Source: a virus
Lineage: Duplodnaviria > Caudoviricetes
Direction: 5' to 3' (one strand)
IMG/VR virus record: IMGVR_UViG_3300029171_000014
Coordinates: 1-46,812 of that record
Length of the DNA: 46,812 nt
This document shows positions 1 through 8,329 of the stretch, one piece after another (within the stretch, counting starts at the first letter, position 1; each line of letters begins with the position of its first letter). A model generated the notes under the pieces. It was not told where the DNA came from. It saw only the letters and a program-made list of their open reading frames with translations, and made no database searches. The position numbers and the translations under genes are program-made.

Positions 1-42
1 GTTTCCCAGTCACGATCCGGGAGGGGAGGTCCAGGAAGTTGG

Positions 43-531
43 ATGGGAGACGCTTGGGGAGGCATAAAAGAAAGATTTCAAGGCAAGCCAATGATTTATA
101 CTGCCCCAAAGAAAGAAGTTCCTTTTAAAGAAATTCCTTCTATTGACACAAAGAAATTCTTAAAAGCATTGGCCACCAATGAAACAAGTATTGTAAAGGG
201 TAATAAGTACGCTTCATCCCAGTATTCAGGAATAAAGAGTCTTGGACATGCTTTGGGTACATATCGGGTAACAGAGGGAGAACTTAAGGCCTATGCCCCA
301 AGATATCTTGGAAGGCAGGTAACAAGGCAGGAATTTCTTGCATCTCCTGAATTACAGGATACATATATTATAAATAAGGCAAAAACACTCACAGAACAAG
401 GGTATACACCTCAGGATATTGCAGATATCCACAACAAGGGAATGACAAAATCTTTCCCTCCAGGCTCAGGTAAATATCAAAATCCAGATTATGTAAATAA
501 GTTTAATGCTATTTACACTGCATCAAATTAG
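43..531 (+). CDS. lysozyme/transglycosylase-like domain protein (possibly virion-associated; may be 5' partial)
   Basis: ALATNET (candidate catalytic Glu), ALGTYRV, FLASPELQD and YVNKF resemble lysozyme-fold motifs. Confidence 0.45.
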   Translation: MGDAWGGIKERFQGKPMIYTAPKKEVPFKEIPSIDTKKFLKALATNETSIVKGNKYASSQYSGIKSLGHALGTYRVTEGELKAYAPRYLGRQVTRQEFLASPELQDTYIINKAKTLTEQGYTPQDIADIHNKGMTKSFPPGSGKYQNPDYVNKFNAIYTASN

Positions 532-1022
532 GAAAATGTAATTCTTCTACGATTGTTCTTCTGTATATCAACGATATTGAGAGTCTCACATGTCATTACT
601 ACGACAGAGGGATTACCTTGCTCAAGCTTAGTAAGAGGAAGACGGTAAGGTTCATATTCTTGAGGGGAAGGTTCTTGAGAATAAGTACGAATTGTTATCA
701 AAAGATTGCTTATAATTTGATGTGAATTAGGCTTATTTTGATTTTCCCATACGAGTCTGTTTGTAACCCCACACTTAGCACATGCCCATCCATTAAATCT
801 GTCTGGATTTTCAACTGGATCAAAATTTAATCTAGATGATTCTAGGCAGAATTCACATTTCTTTATAGGGTAATTATCTTGACTATTCTTTTTTTCTATT
901 ATTTTAGCCTTTGTACGGAGATAAAAGTCTTTCTTAAAACAACGACGACAATCAAAGAATTGAGTTACTTTAATTGCAATAAAATCTTTTCCACAAATCT
1001 TACAAGAACGATTGATTCTCAT
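528..1022 (-). CDS. zinc-finger protein
   Basis: CKIC...CRRC and CEFC...CAKC pairs. Confidence 0.6.
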   Translation of the reverse strand: MRINRSCKICGKDFIAIKVTQFFDCRRCFKKDFYLRTKAKIIEKKNSQDNYPIKKCEFCLESSRLNFDPVENPDRFNGWACAKCGVTNRLVWENQNKPNSHQIISNLLITIRTYSQEPSPQEYEPYRLPLTKLEQGNPSVVVMTCETLNIVDIQKNNRRRITFS

Positions 1023-1049
1023 AGGGATTCATATAAATACTGCTGTTAA

Positions 1050-1418
1050 TTAAGCACTATGTGCATACTCTTGAAGTACGCCTTTTTGTAGACTTTTTAG
1101 AGCGTTTATATATTGTTCAATATTTTGAATATGAATTCTCGCCATCTCATATGCCTGGGCCTCTTGCGTAGCACTTGCCAAGGTCTCGGCCTTTGCTGAA
1201 CTCATAGACTTACCAGTAGTTTCATCTACTTGATTTTGAAAACCTGCTTTTATGATAGAGAATGCCCTTAGAGCGTTCCCAAGCCGGACATTATATCGAG
1301 CAAAATAACTTGCCATATGCATAATTAATTTACCAACTTCTTCTCCTGTAACTTCTGTGAGCCGAAAGTTTTGTTCAAACTTATTATATTCAATTGTATA
1401 ATCCTGATCTGTTTCCAT
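1050..1418 (-). CDS. helical hypothetical protein, possibly UvsY-like recombination mediator
   Basis: 122 aa all-helical; size and recombination context; weak resemblance only. Confidence 0.35.
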   Translation of the reverse strand: METDQDYTIEYNKFEQNFRLTEVTGEEVGKLIMHMASYFARYNVRLGNALRAFSIIKAGFQNQVDETTGKSMSSAKAETLASATQEAQAYEMARIHIQNIEQYINALKSLQKGVLQEYAHSA

Positions 1419-1422
1419 ATGT

Positions 1423-1680
1423 TTATTTCTTAGCTTTTAATAAAACAGGTATCCAAATATAATTTTTAACAAAATCAAAAAATTTAAACCATTCTTTAGT
1501 ATCATCATACCCCGTCGCCCTATCAACCATGAGATCAATTGGGGCCTTTCCAATTAATCTAGAACCAGTTAGCCTTTGGTATTGATTTATAAGTTCTGGA
1601 GTATTTAGAGATTCTACAATTGCCTCTTCTAGCGTGATTGGGCCACTTTTATATTGTTTGCTTTTTGTTTTCTTAACCAT
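1423..1680 (-). CDS. hypothetical protein
   Basis: tightly packed ORF in operon. Confidence 0.6.
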   Translation of the reverse strand: MVKKTKSKQYKSGPITLEEAIVESLNTPELINQYQRLTGSRLIGKAPIDLMVDRATGYDDTKEWFKFFDFVKNYIWIPVLLKAKK

Positions 1681-2383
1681 ATAATTTATTAAGTTCTTCT
1701 TGCGTCATCTCGACTCCATCTCCCAGCCACATACATGCTTCTGGGTCAAAGTTTTCAGTGTAGATATCTTGTCCATTTAAATGATCTATCTCATGAACAA
1801 ATATATGCCCATATCCACCATTTAATGTTTCTGTAATAGATTTGGATAGCTCTGGTTCTGAATCATTATTTTTTTGTGCCAGAGTTTGATAGGTTACTGT
1901 TATTTTATTAGGCCTAGGAATCATTTCTTTCATTTCTTTTGTGCTATGTGACATGCAACCTTCTTTCTTGAATACAGGTACTTTTGTTTTTAGGGTTATC
2001 ACTGGATTTATCACTACCATTCCATTTGGAAGAACAAAGAATCTTAGCGGATCCCTATCATCAATCTGAGGATGGGCAAGAGCAGCAATGCCACTGTATT
2101 TCCCACGAGGAAGGGAACACATTGCCACAAGGTCCTTACCGTCTGCAATGACTCTAGGCAAATCAGCTTCTGTTACCCATCTTGACTTTTTGTTGTGAGG
2201 AAGACAGTACCGTGCCGAAAGACGGGTAAATTCAGTAAGAATCTTTTGCCTTTTCTCTATCTCTTCAGGGGGGAGTTGTTCTTCTGTTTGTTTGGCAGTA
2301 GGTGCGGGGGTGCCTGGTCCGATATCTTTTAATACAATCTCTTCTGCTACATTAATCTGGAGAGTATCTGACTTGTTTGACAT
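1673..2383 (-). CDS. def: peptide deformylase
   Basis: motif 1 variant GIAALAHPQI, motif 2 EGCMS, motif 3 HEIDHLNG, plus VINP. Confidence 0.9.
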   Translation of the reverse strand: MSNKSDTLQINVAEEIVLKDIGPGTPAPTAKQTEEQLPPEEIEKRQKILTEFTRLSARYCLPHNKKSRWVTEADLPRVIADGKDLVAMCSLPRGKYSGIAALAHPQIDDRDPLRFFVLPNGMVVINPVITLKTKVPVFKKEGCMSHSTKEMKEMIPRPNKITVTYQTLAQKNNDSEPELSKSITETLNGGYGHIFVHEIDHLNGQDIYTENFDPEACMWLGDGVEMTQEELNKLYG

Positions 2384-2393
2384 ATTATTTTTT

Positions 2394-2421
2394 ATTATAG
2401 TTTTAAATTACCTTTTGTCAA
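2394..2421 (-). promoter_or_regulatory. sigma70-type promoter
   Basis: TTGACA-N16-TATAAT upstream of def. Confidence 0.75.
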
Positions 2422-2424
2422 GAG

Positions 2425-4563
2425 TTATAATCTTTTAATCTCTGAGGTTCCATCCTTTTTGGTAACTTCAATACTGTGTTCAAATAAGTCTTTTATATCT
2501 TGAATATGAGAAATAAATAAAACTTGGCTAAAGTCAGATAGAAGGGTTTGTACTACTTCCATGAATGACTCAAGAGAATTTGGATCAAGCGCAAGGACTG
2601 CTTCATCTATAAGCCTAAAACCAATCTTATTATGCCCCAGAGATGCAAATGCCTCTGATAATGCAAAAGTGATACGGATCTTTTCCCCTCCAGAGTACGA
2701 TTCATAGGACATTTCTTCTCCCATTTCGTTAACAATATTTATATATAACCCCTCTATTGTGCTTTCGCCGTCCGCACTCTTTCTCTGTGTATCAAACCGA
2801 ATTCTAAAGTCTGAAAGTTGAGAAAGTATTTTATTAACCTTATCCTCTAAGGAAGACAACAGATAGTCTATTACCATGACACGGATACCTTTTGGTCCAA
2901 AGGCTTCTTTTATTAGCTCTACTTTCCTTATCTTTTCTTGAATATCAGAAGATTCTTTGTTTTTAATACCTGAAATTCGTGTCTCAATTACCTTTATTTC
3001 TTCCTCCTCTTTACCTATGGTCTCTAGGGCAATAGTAGCTCTGGCAATACTTTCTTTAAGACTGTCTCTTTCCTTGACTGCCCTAGCCAATTCAGTGGCA
3101 ACTGACTCTCCTTGATACGCCTTAATAGATTCATTGGTCTCTTTAATCTTAGATTCTAGGGCAATTATTTCCTTGTCTTTCTCTTCTAGAGATTTTTCAA
3201 GTATTGGGATTTCTGTTTCTACCTCGGCCAGTGAATCAATCTCCTTCTGTGTGCTGGATATACGAGCAAGAATCCCCTTAGCTTCATCAACCTTATTTTC
3301 AAGTTCATTTATTTCAGTTATTAAACTGAAAGTGTTAACTGAAGGGGGTAAATTGTTTACCTCCTCAGACCATTTGCTAAAGAGAGTTGTTTCAGTTATT
3401 AGGGATTCCCGAATAACTCCTCGCTGAGCCATAAGATCATCCACTTGCTTCTTGTGATCACCAGAATATGGACAGTTAATTCCACTTGGGCAGACTGGCT
3501 CACTCTCTATCTTGGCTATATTGTTAGTTATTCTTGTTTCTTCAGCAGTTCTATCATGGATTATAGGCTTTCGGCCTAAGACCTCATTTCGTTTAGCTTC
3601 TTGTTCTGTATTTATCACTAGAGTACCACGAAGTTTCTTAAGCTTGGCAGTTAAATTGTCCAGGCTCTCTTGGTGGCTAGGTAGAGTAGAAATTAAAGCA
3701 ACCATCTCAGGCTTATTAGAAATCTTTGCCTTTTTACCAACTATAGTTGACTGTAAACTATTAAGGGTCAACACGCATGTCTTTAAACTAGCCTCAAGGA
3801 CATCAATAGCTTGAGCAGTGGCTAAATATTTAACTTTTTTATCTTCTAGAGACAATATTAAAAGGTCAATGTCTGATAGAGACTTAGTATTATCTGTTAT
3901 GGTTTTAATATAAACACTTCTGTCTCCTATATGCCCTCTAATTGCCTCAAGGCGACTTTCTAGTTCTAAAACCTGCCCAGATAGCTTATTGCTGTCATTT
4001 TCAAGCCTAGAGAGCGTCTGACGGCTATTTTCATAGTGTTTATCGTAGTCCTCGGTCTTTGCGATCTCTAGGAGCAATTCTTTTCTCTTGGGGGCAGTCT
4101 GAGACACAAAAGACTCTAAATTGCCTTGCACATACGCAATGCTGTTTACAAAAAGAAGATATGATGCCCCTATAAGGTCTTTTTCAATCCAATTCTGAAG
4201 TTCCCTAATTCCTGATAATGGGTGAGCTACCAGAGATGAGCCTTGTTGAAACGCAATTTCAAGAGTGTGTTTTCCAGCTGAAGTTACCGTTCGTGTAACA
4301 ACAACAATATCCTCTTCTCCTTTCTGATCAATCTTTCTTAAAAGTTCTAGACGTATGGAAGCCTTCTTTGCACCACGACGAACTAGGCTCCTGTTATCTG
4401 AACGACCAATACCATACAAATTCCAAACCAAAGCATCTATGATTGATGATTTGCCAGCCCCACTGGGGCCATCTATTAGTATTTTTTCTATCTTATTAAA
4501 AGAAATTTCTGTGTCCTTATGGCTCAGGAAGTCAATAAGTTTAATTTTCTTAAGTAAAATCAT
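2425..4563 (-). CDS. sbcC: SbcC/Rad50-like ATPase (T4 gp46-like)
   Basis: Walker A GPSGAGKSS, Q-loop YVQG, coiled coil, signature YSGGE, Walker B LIDE, H-loop ISH; start moved to MILLKK because ATG 4584 overlaps the -10 box. Confidence 0.92.
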   Translation of the reverse strand: MILLKKIKLIDFLSHKDTEISFNKIEKILIDGPSGAGKSSIIDALVWNLYGIGRSDNRSLVRRGAKKASIRLELLRKIDQKGEEDIVVVTRTVTSAGKHTLEIAFQQGSSLVAHPLSGIRELQNWIEKDLIGASYLLFVNSIAYVQGNLESFVSQTAPKRKELLLEIAKTEDYDKHYENSRQTLSRLENDSNKLSGQVLELESRLEAIRGHIGDRSVYIKTITDNTKSLSDIDLLILSLEDKKVKYLATAQAIDVLEASLKTCVLTLNSLQSTIVGKKAKISNKPEMVALISTLPSHQESLDNLTAKLKKLRGTLVINTEQEAKRNEVLGRKPIIHDRTAEETRITNNIAKIESEPVCPSGINCPYSGDHKKQVDDLMAQRGVIRESLITETTLFSKWSEEVNNLPPSVNTFSLITEINELENKVDEAKGILARISSTQKEIDSLAEVETEIPILEKSLEEKDKEIIALESKIKETNESIKAYQGESVATELARAVKERDSLKESIARATIALETIGKEEEEIKVIETRISGIKNKESSDIQEKIRKVELIKEAFGPKGIRVMVIDYLLSSLEDKVNKILSQLSDFRIRFDTQRKSADGESTIEGLYINIVNEMGEEMSYESYSGGEKIRITFALSEAFASLGHNKIGFRLIDEAVLALDPNSLESFMEVVQTLLSDFSQVLFISHIQDIKDLFEHSIEVTKKDGTSEIKRL

Positions 4564-4575
4564 ACCTTTAGTATT

Positions 4576-4603
4576 AGTATACATCCTACTAACTATTTGT
4601 CAA
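4576..4603 (-). promoter_or_regulatory. sigma70-type promoter overlapping end of upstream gene
   Basis: cTTGACAaatag...; TTGACA-N16-TATACT. Confidence 0.75.
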
Positions 4604-5039
4604 GTTTTATCTCTTTTCTCTTATCACAGTGTAAGCTGTGTTCTTCTAACTTCTCACCTGTGGGATATTTCCCTAGGTCTTGTTCGCACTTGCCACAAAT
4701 CCATTGTTTCTTATCTCCCCCAAACCACTCGGCTTTCTTTGAGGAGAAGAGGGCGACTGCGGAGTTAAAGCCAATTACCTTTTGATTTTCGCCAAAGTGG
4801 TACTCGCCATCTTCTTGCACTTTAATCTCTTTCTCCTCCACCTCCAAAACCTCCCCCGTCTGCTGGGCGATATCCATCAAGGCGGTGCGGAGGAAGGATT
4901 CGAGTTCATTAACTTTGACACTTTGAACGACCATATTGTTATAATTCAACTGCGTTCTAAACAAAGAGCCATCACCCATACCTTTTTCAAGCTCCTTCAC
5001 CTTCTCCTCTATAGCCTCTGTGAGATTGTTGTGGGTCAT
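4593..5039 (-). CDS. hypothetical protein with C-terminal Zn finger
   Basis: CGKC...HSLHC; VEEK...GFNSA segment shared with 8996-9316. Confidence 0.65.
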   Translation of the reverse strand: MTHNNLTEAIEEKVKELEKGMGDGSLFRTQLNYNNMVVQSVKVNELESFLRTALMDIAQQTGEVLEVEEKEIKVQEDGEYHFGENQKVIGFNSAVALFSSKKAEWFGGDKKQWICGKCEQDLGKYPTGEKLEEHSLHCDKRKEIKLDK

Positions 5040-5290
5040 GGGGTTGTGATTTTACTTTTAATAGGGACTTGTAACCTCCATCCTGTTTTGAAATGAGAAG
5101 TTATGACAGTCCGCTCTCTAGTGTTGGGGTTGCAAATAACAGGAAAAGCATTTGGTGGTCTGTTTACGTATACAGGTCGCAAGAATAAGCCTCTATTTTT
5201 TGTTTCATACCACTCCACATCTGTAAGCACTTGGGTCTTAATATCTTCCTCTATAGCCTCTGTGAGATTGTTGTGTGTCATGGGGTTGTG
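5005..5290. repeat. 44-bp direct repeat (5005-5048, 5247-5290) spanning gene junctions
   Basis: minus strand CACAACCCCATGACMCACAACAATCTCACAGAGGCTATAGAGGA, one mismatch. Confidence 0.95.
5036..5281 (-). CDS. hypothetical protein
   Basis: ATGA-coupled at both ends; starts MTHNNLTEAIEE. Confidence 0.6.
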   Translation of the reverse strand: MTHNNLTEAIEEDIKTQVLTDVEWYETKNRGLFLRPVYVNRPPNAFPVICNPNTRERTVITSHFKTGWRLQVPIKSKITTP

Positions 5291-5496
5291 GTTAGAAATG
5301 TATAAGTCTTAGCGTGAAAAAGCATTTCACTTCCGATTTTAGACATCAGCTCCTCGTGTTCTTTGTCTAAGGTTCCTGCTGTGCCAATCTCTTTGGCAAG
5401 CATACTCAATACCTTTGAAACACCATTTAGGTATTTCACCAATTTTACTGCCTGTTTCTCCCTCCTCCCTTTAGGCTTGTTGTGTGGGGTGGTCAT
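5278..5496 (-). CDS. hypothetical protein
   Basis: start re-placed at MTTPHNK, ATGA overlap with 5493-5684. Confidence 0.6.
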   Translation of the reverse strand: MTTPHNKPKGRREKQAVKLVKYLNGVSKVLSMLAKEIGTAGTLDKEHEELMSKIGSEMLFHAKTYTFLTTTP

Positions 5497-5684
5497 TTTA
5501 GTGTAGAGGTTAGGGCTAGTCGTACTTTGGTTTCTCTTAGACCTTTCTTTGTGGTGGTACTGCACGGCAGACATCTTAACCCCGTGAAGTTCTGTGTTAG
5601 CTTTGGTACAAGTTTCCAACGCCCTTGCTTTGGTAGAATTTCCTTGCCACACAATTCGCACTTACCTTTATATCTGTTCCTCAT
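5493..5684 (-). CDS. small zinc-ribbon protein
   Basis: NRYKGKCELCG...CLPC. Confidence 0.65.
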   Translation of the reverse strand: MRNRYKGKCELCGKEILPKQGRWKLVPKLTQNFTGLRCLPCSTTTKKGLRETKVRLALTSTLK

Positions 5685-6064
5685 ATACTCTTCACTATAT
5701 CAATAATTTGCTGGAGGGCGGAGTTGTGGGCTTGAGTCAATTTACATGTTGGACAATCAAGTTCTTTGCTACTACAAGACCACTTCTCTTTCTCACACTC
5801 CTCAATGATTCTGTTTCTGAAAGCATTCCGTACCTCCTGGTCGTGCTGGTTTGCTGGTTGGTTTAGGAACATATCTCTTTGGAGGGAGAGCATATCCACG
5901 CCACAGGTGTTGCAGATTGGGCTAAAATGTTCGTGAGTACATTCCATCGTCTTGTCAGGTGTGGGCTGAACATCGTAGCACTTGTCACATTGAAGCCCCT
6001 CCACACCACCAGAGCGATAATCAATTATGTAATTATGCTCACACTTCTTATCAGGTGTAGTCAT
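5681..6064 (-). CDS. modular Cys/His-rich hypothetical protein
   Basis: two TPDK..C.H..C..C modules plus CPTC...HNSAL. Confidence 0.65.
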   Translation of the reverse strand: MTTPDKKCEHNYIIDYRSGGVEGLQCDKCYDVQPTPDKTMECTHEHFSPICNTCGVDMLSLQRDMFLNQPANQHDQEVRNAFRNRIIEECEKEKWSCSSKELDCPTCKLTQAHNSALQQIIDIVKSI

Positions 6065-6285
6065 ATAGATTTCTTATTTATAACTCTCTTGGGGGTGGGC
6101 AACTGATAAGTGATGGTGCAGGGGAAAGCCTTACGTCTGCCTATACCAGCATTTAATGCTATCGCTATAACAGCATTAGCATCAGAGAGAGATGTGTAAG
6201 CCTCAACAAAAACACCACTTTCTGTCACTACTGCGTAACCTTTCACCCTCCGCTCTCCCTTCTTTGGTTTCATTTTATTGTTCAT
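6061..6285 (-). CDS. hypothetical protein
   Basis: KPKKGER N-terminal segment shared with 6292-6486. Confidence 0.6.
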   Translation of the reverse strand: MNNKMKPKKGERRVKGYAVVTESGVFVEAYTSLSDANAVIAIALNAGIGRRKAFPCTITYQLPTPKRVINKKSI

Positions 6286-6291
6286 AGCTTG

Positions 6292-6486
6292 TTAATCTTC
6301 AACTACTTCATACAGAGTAATTTGTTCACCCATTCCGTAATTTATTTGTTGTTGAGCTTTTATAAATGCCTCTTTCTCATTCTTAGCTTCAACTGCAACT
6401 GTTTCCATAAAAAAAACATCACAAGTTACAAGATACTTTTTTAATTTCGTACTCCTTTGTCTCTCTCCCTTCTTTGGTTTGGTCAT
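6292..6486 (-). CDS. DpnD/PcfM-like small protein
   Basis: KKYLV...VAVEAKNEKEAFIKA pattern. Confidence 0.45.
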   Translation of the reverse strand: MTKPKKGERQRSTKLKKYLVTCDVFFMETVAVEAKNEKEAFIKAQQQINYGMGEQITLYEVVED

Positions 6487-6487
6487 A

Positions 6488-6640
6488 TCATTTATTCCTC
6501 TCTATAAACTCCCCAATAGCCTGCCTAACTAAATCAGATAAACTCATTTTCAGCTTATCTGCGACCTTTGCTATCTCGGTAATCATTTCCTTTGTAAGAA
6601 AGAATGTCCGAGCAATCATTTTATGTGTGTGTTTTCTCAT
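6488..6640 (-). CDS. ribbon-helix-helix (CopG-like) regulator, absent from ORF track
   Basis: manual translation MRKHTHKMIARTFFLTKEMITEIAKVADKLKMSLSDLVRQAIGEFIERNK. Confidence 0.8.
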   Translation of the reverse strand: MRKHTHKMIARTFFLTKEMITEIAKVADKLKMSLSDLVRQAIGEFIERNK

Positions 6641-6695
6641 AGGTACATCATACACTAATATATTTATGTTGTATATAGGTTATCCACTTTCATAA

Positions 6696-6784
6696 CGACC
6701 TGCCTCCGAGTTGAACGGAGAGGGGGTGCCCCACAAAAGCACCTCTTACGAGATGTAATTTCACCCCCAAAACCCATCAGGCCA
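6696..6784 (-). ncRNA. tRNA-like / tmRNA-TLD-like structured RNA
   Basis: acceptor-like stem (T)GGCCTG/CAGGTC(G), T-arm CTCCG-TTCAACT-CGGAG, helix GGGGGTG/CACCCCC enclosing a GTAA-tetraloop hairpin, no D-stem. Confidence 0.65.
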
Positions 6785-6789
6785 ATGGC

Positions 6790-6822
6790 GAGGACATATT
6801 TTCGTGCAGTCCTCATTGCACG
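6790..6822 (-). ncRNA. H-type pseudoknot
   Basis: S1 CGTGCA/TGCACG, S2 GAGGAC/GTCCTC, L1 AT, L3 AAAATAT. Confidence 0.55.
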
Positions 6823-6839
6823 CAAAGGTGAGATTTCGG

Positions 6840-7064
6840 TCAAACAAACGCTCCTTGCTGTTTTAGTGTAGCAGTTTCCTGCCTCAATTCCTCCATGGCG
6901 ACTTTTGCCACCAAATCCGCAAAATGACCCTCGTAGACAATAGGGTCATCGCAACCGAGGCAAGTAACCAAGATTTCCACGCACCCTTCGGAAGACACCG
7001 CAATGCGTTCAATTTCCGCATCCTGCTGGCACTGCTCGCAAGTCAGCATCAGTGGGTAGTACAT
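6840..7064 (-). CDS. zinc-ribbon microprotein
   Basis: SD GAGGAGG before MYYPLML; CEQC...CLGC. Confidence 0.65.
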   Translation of the reverse strand: MYYPLMLTCEQCQQDAEIERIAVSSEGCVEILVTCLGCDDPIVYEGHFADLVAKVAMEELRQETATLKQQGAFV

Positions 7065-7242
7065 CTTGCACCTCCTCAATCGGCTTGGAATGTCGCCACA
7101 TCCGCAGGTATCTCCCGTTGGAGATAAACGGCACGATCCGCTTCATTTGGACAGTTACAGTACAGCCCTCCTCGCAGGTAGTCCAAATTGCGATGGCGGA
7201 CTCCCTCATAGGGTGCATTGTATGACCTCTCGGGCATAGCAT
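7009..7242 (-). CDS. Cys/His microprotein
   Basis: SD AAAGGAGG, TAATG coupling; CPRGH...CEEGC. Confidence 0.55.
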   Translation of the reverse strand: MLCPRGHTMHPMRESAIAIWTTCEEGCTVTVQMKRIVPFISNGRYLRMWRHSKPIEEVQDVLPTDADLRAVPAGCGN

Positions 7243-7421
7243 TACAACCTCCTTTCGGCTCGGTCAAGCGGTGGGATTGCTCTCCGTGTGGACTTGAAGA
7301 TTTTGAACACATCAAAGCAGTTCTGACACTCCATAACCCAGAAATTCGGGTTAGAAATGTGGACATTGCAGATGGTGTGGTTACACGACGGACAAGTTCT
7401 CACCGCTTTGCCGATTTTCAT
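7242..7421 (-). CDS. zinc-ribbon microprotein
   Basis: SD GAGGAGG before MKIGK; CPSC...CQNC. Confidence 0.6.
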   Translation of the reverse strand: MKIGKAVRTCPSCNHTICNVHISNPNFWVMECQNCFDVFKIFKSTRRAIPPLDRAERRL

Positions 7422-7515
7422 TGTCCCTCCTCGGGATACAACAATCGGGCGTGGGTACAAAGATGATGCCATGTTTCTGGCACCAGATTGTGATTACCTC
7501 GCTACTCTCGCACAT
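7381..7515 (-). CDS. Cys-rich microprotein, absent from ORF track
   Basis: manual translation MCESSEVITIWCQKHGIIFVPTPDCC...; fills gap in cluster. Confidence 0.4.
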   Translation of the reverse strand: MCESSEVITIWCQKHGIIFVPTPDCCIPRRDNENRQSGENLSVV

Positions 7516-7517
7516 CC

Positions 7518-7715
7518 TCACTTGCATTGCTCCGCAGTCGTGCATAGCTTCTCCTTTCGGGAGTGTAGTTCGTGCAGTGCCGCTTCCTCCTTAGCTTGCG
7601 GTTCACATTTACCGCATGCGGACTTACTCGTCCCCCAGAAGTACATAATGGCTTCTGTTTCCTTGCCAACCTCTTGGCAGTACGAACAGAGCGTGACCAA
7701 ATCGGTTATCGCCAA
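7518..7715 (-). CDS. zinc-finger microprotein
   Basis: SD AAAGGAGGTGA before TTG; CSYC...CGKC. Confidence 0.6.
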   Translation of the reverse strand: MAITDLVTLCSYCQEVGKETEAIMYFWGTSKSACGKCEPQAKEEAALHELHSRKEKLCTTAEQCK

Positions 7716-7748
7716 CTTTCTCTCACCTCCTTTGTTGTTGCCCTCGCT

Positions 7749-8132
7749 CTAGTGGGCGAGGTGTTTCCCTCTGATACTGGCCTCCAAACGCAATCTAGCG
7801 TATTCAGGGTCAACTTTCTTTCTCTCACTTATGTAGTGTTTATTACACCACCCCCTAGCACGAATCTTATCACCACAAATCTTACATTTTCCAGCGTGAT
7901 TTAATCTTCTATGATGCGTTTTACAAAACCATACTATCTCTTCTGGCTTTGAATAATCAGGATGATGGCGTTCTCCTAAATTAAAACACCCTTCAACTGA
8001 ACATTCATTTACTATGGGGTTTGCTTTCTTTGCTACAGCCAGAACACGCTGATAGCTCCTACGTTTTTCTATATTCTTCTCCGCCCAACGCCTATAGGCC
8101 TCCCTCCTGTTCTCTATATTTTTAGATGGCAT
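7749..8132 (-). CDS. HNH-like/zinc-finger DNA-binding protein
   Basis: CSVEGC, ERHHPDYSKP..VWFCKTHH (phage HNH-like), CKIC..ARGWCNKHY; start MPSKN 6 nt after TATAAT. Confidence 0.6.
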   Translation of the reverse strand: MPSKNIENRREAYRRWAEKNIEKRRSYQRVLAVAKKANPIVNECSVEGCFNLGERHHPDYSKPEEIVWFCKTHHRRLNHAGKCKICGDKIRARGWCNKHYISERKKVDPEYARLRLEASIRGKHLAH

Positions 8133-8138
8133 AAAGGC

Positions 8139-8167
8139 ATTATAACAAATCCCTAGCCCACTGTCCA
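8139..8167 (-). promoter_or_regulatory. promoter giving probable leaderless mRNA
   Basis: TGGACA-N17-TATAAT-N6-ATG. Confidence 0.6.
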
Positions 8168-8329
8168 CCACCACTAGGGTGAAGGCAACAACTTCTCAAA
8201 GACCTCTCGTTAAGACTCTGCCAATCATTTGGTACAAATCTTAACAACTGTTAAAGACCTACCATTTTGTCCACTTGGACAATATGGTCCTGCTCCCTAG
8301 CAGTAGAGGAAGTGTTTTGTGCCACTCCC
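8168..8329 (-). ncRNA. multi-hairpin structured RNA candidate
   Basis: 12-bp closing stem CTACTGCTAGGG/CCCTAGTGGTGG with G-U pairs, two internal hairpins each followed by AGGTCTTT, 5' hairpin GGGAGTG/CACTTCC. Confidence 0.55.

Noticed and set aside
5497-5661. 5' extensions in the ORF track (5661, 4584, 8174, 20976, 29291, 31145, 31383)
   Set aside because: They overlap other genes or promoter boxes; downstream ATGs fit coupling and promoter geometry better
6696-6784. Canonical tRNA or full tmRNA call
   Set aside because: No D-stem or 7-nt anticodon loop, no tag reading frame, no CCA; kept only as tRNA-like
7076-7366. ORF-track 96-aa minus-strand ORF
   Set aside because: Overlaps two SD-supported Cys-motif ORFs in other frames
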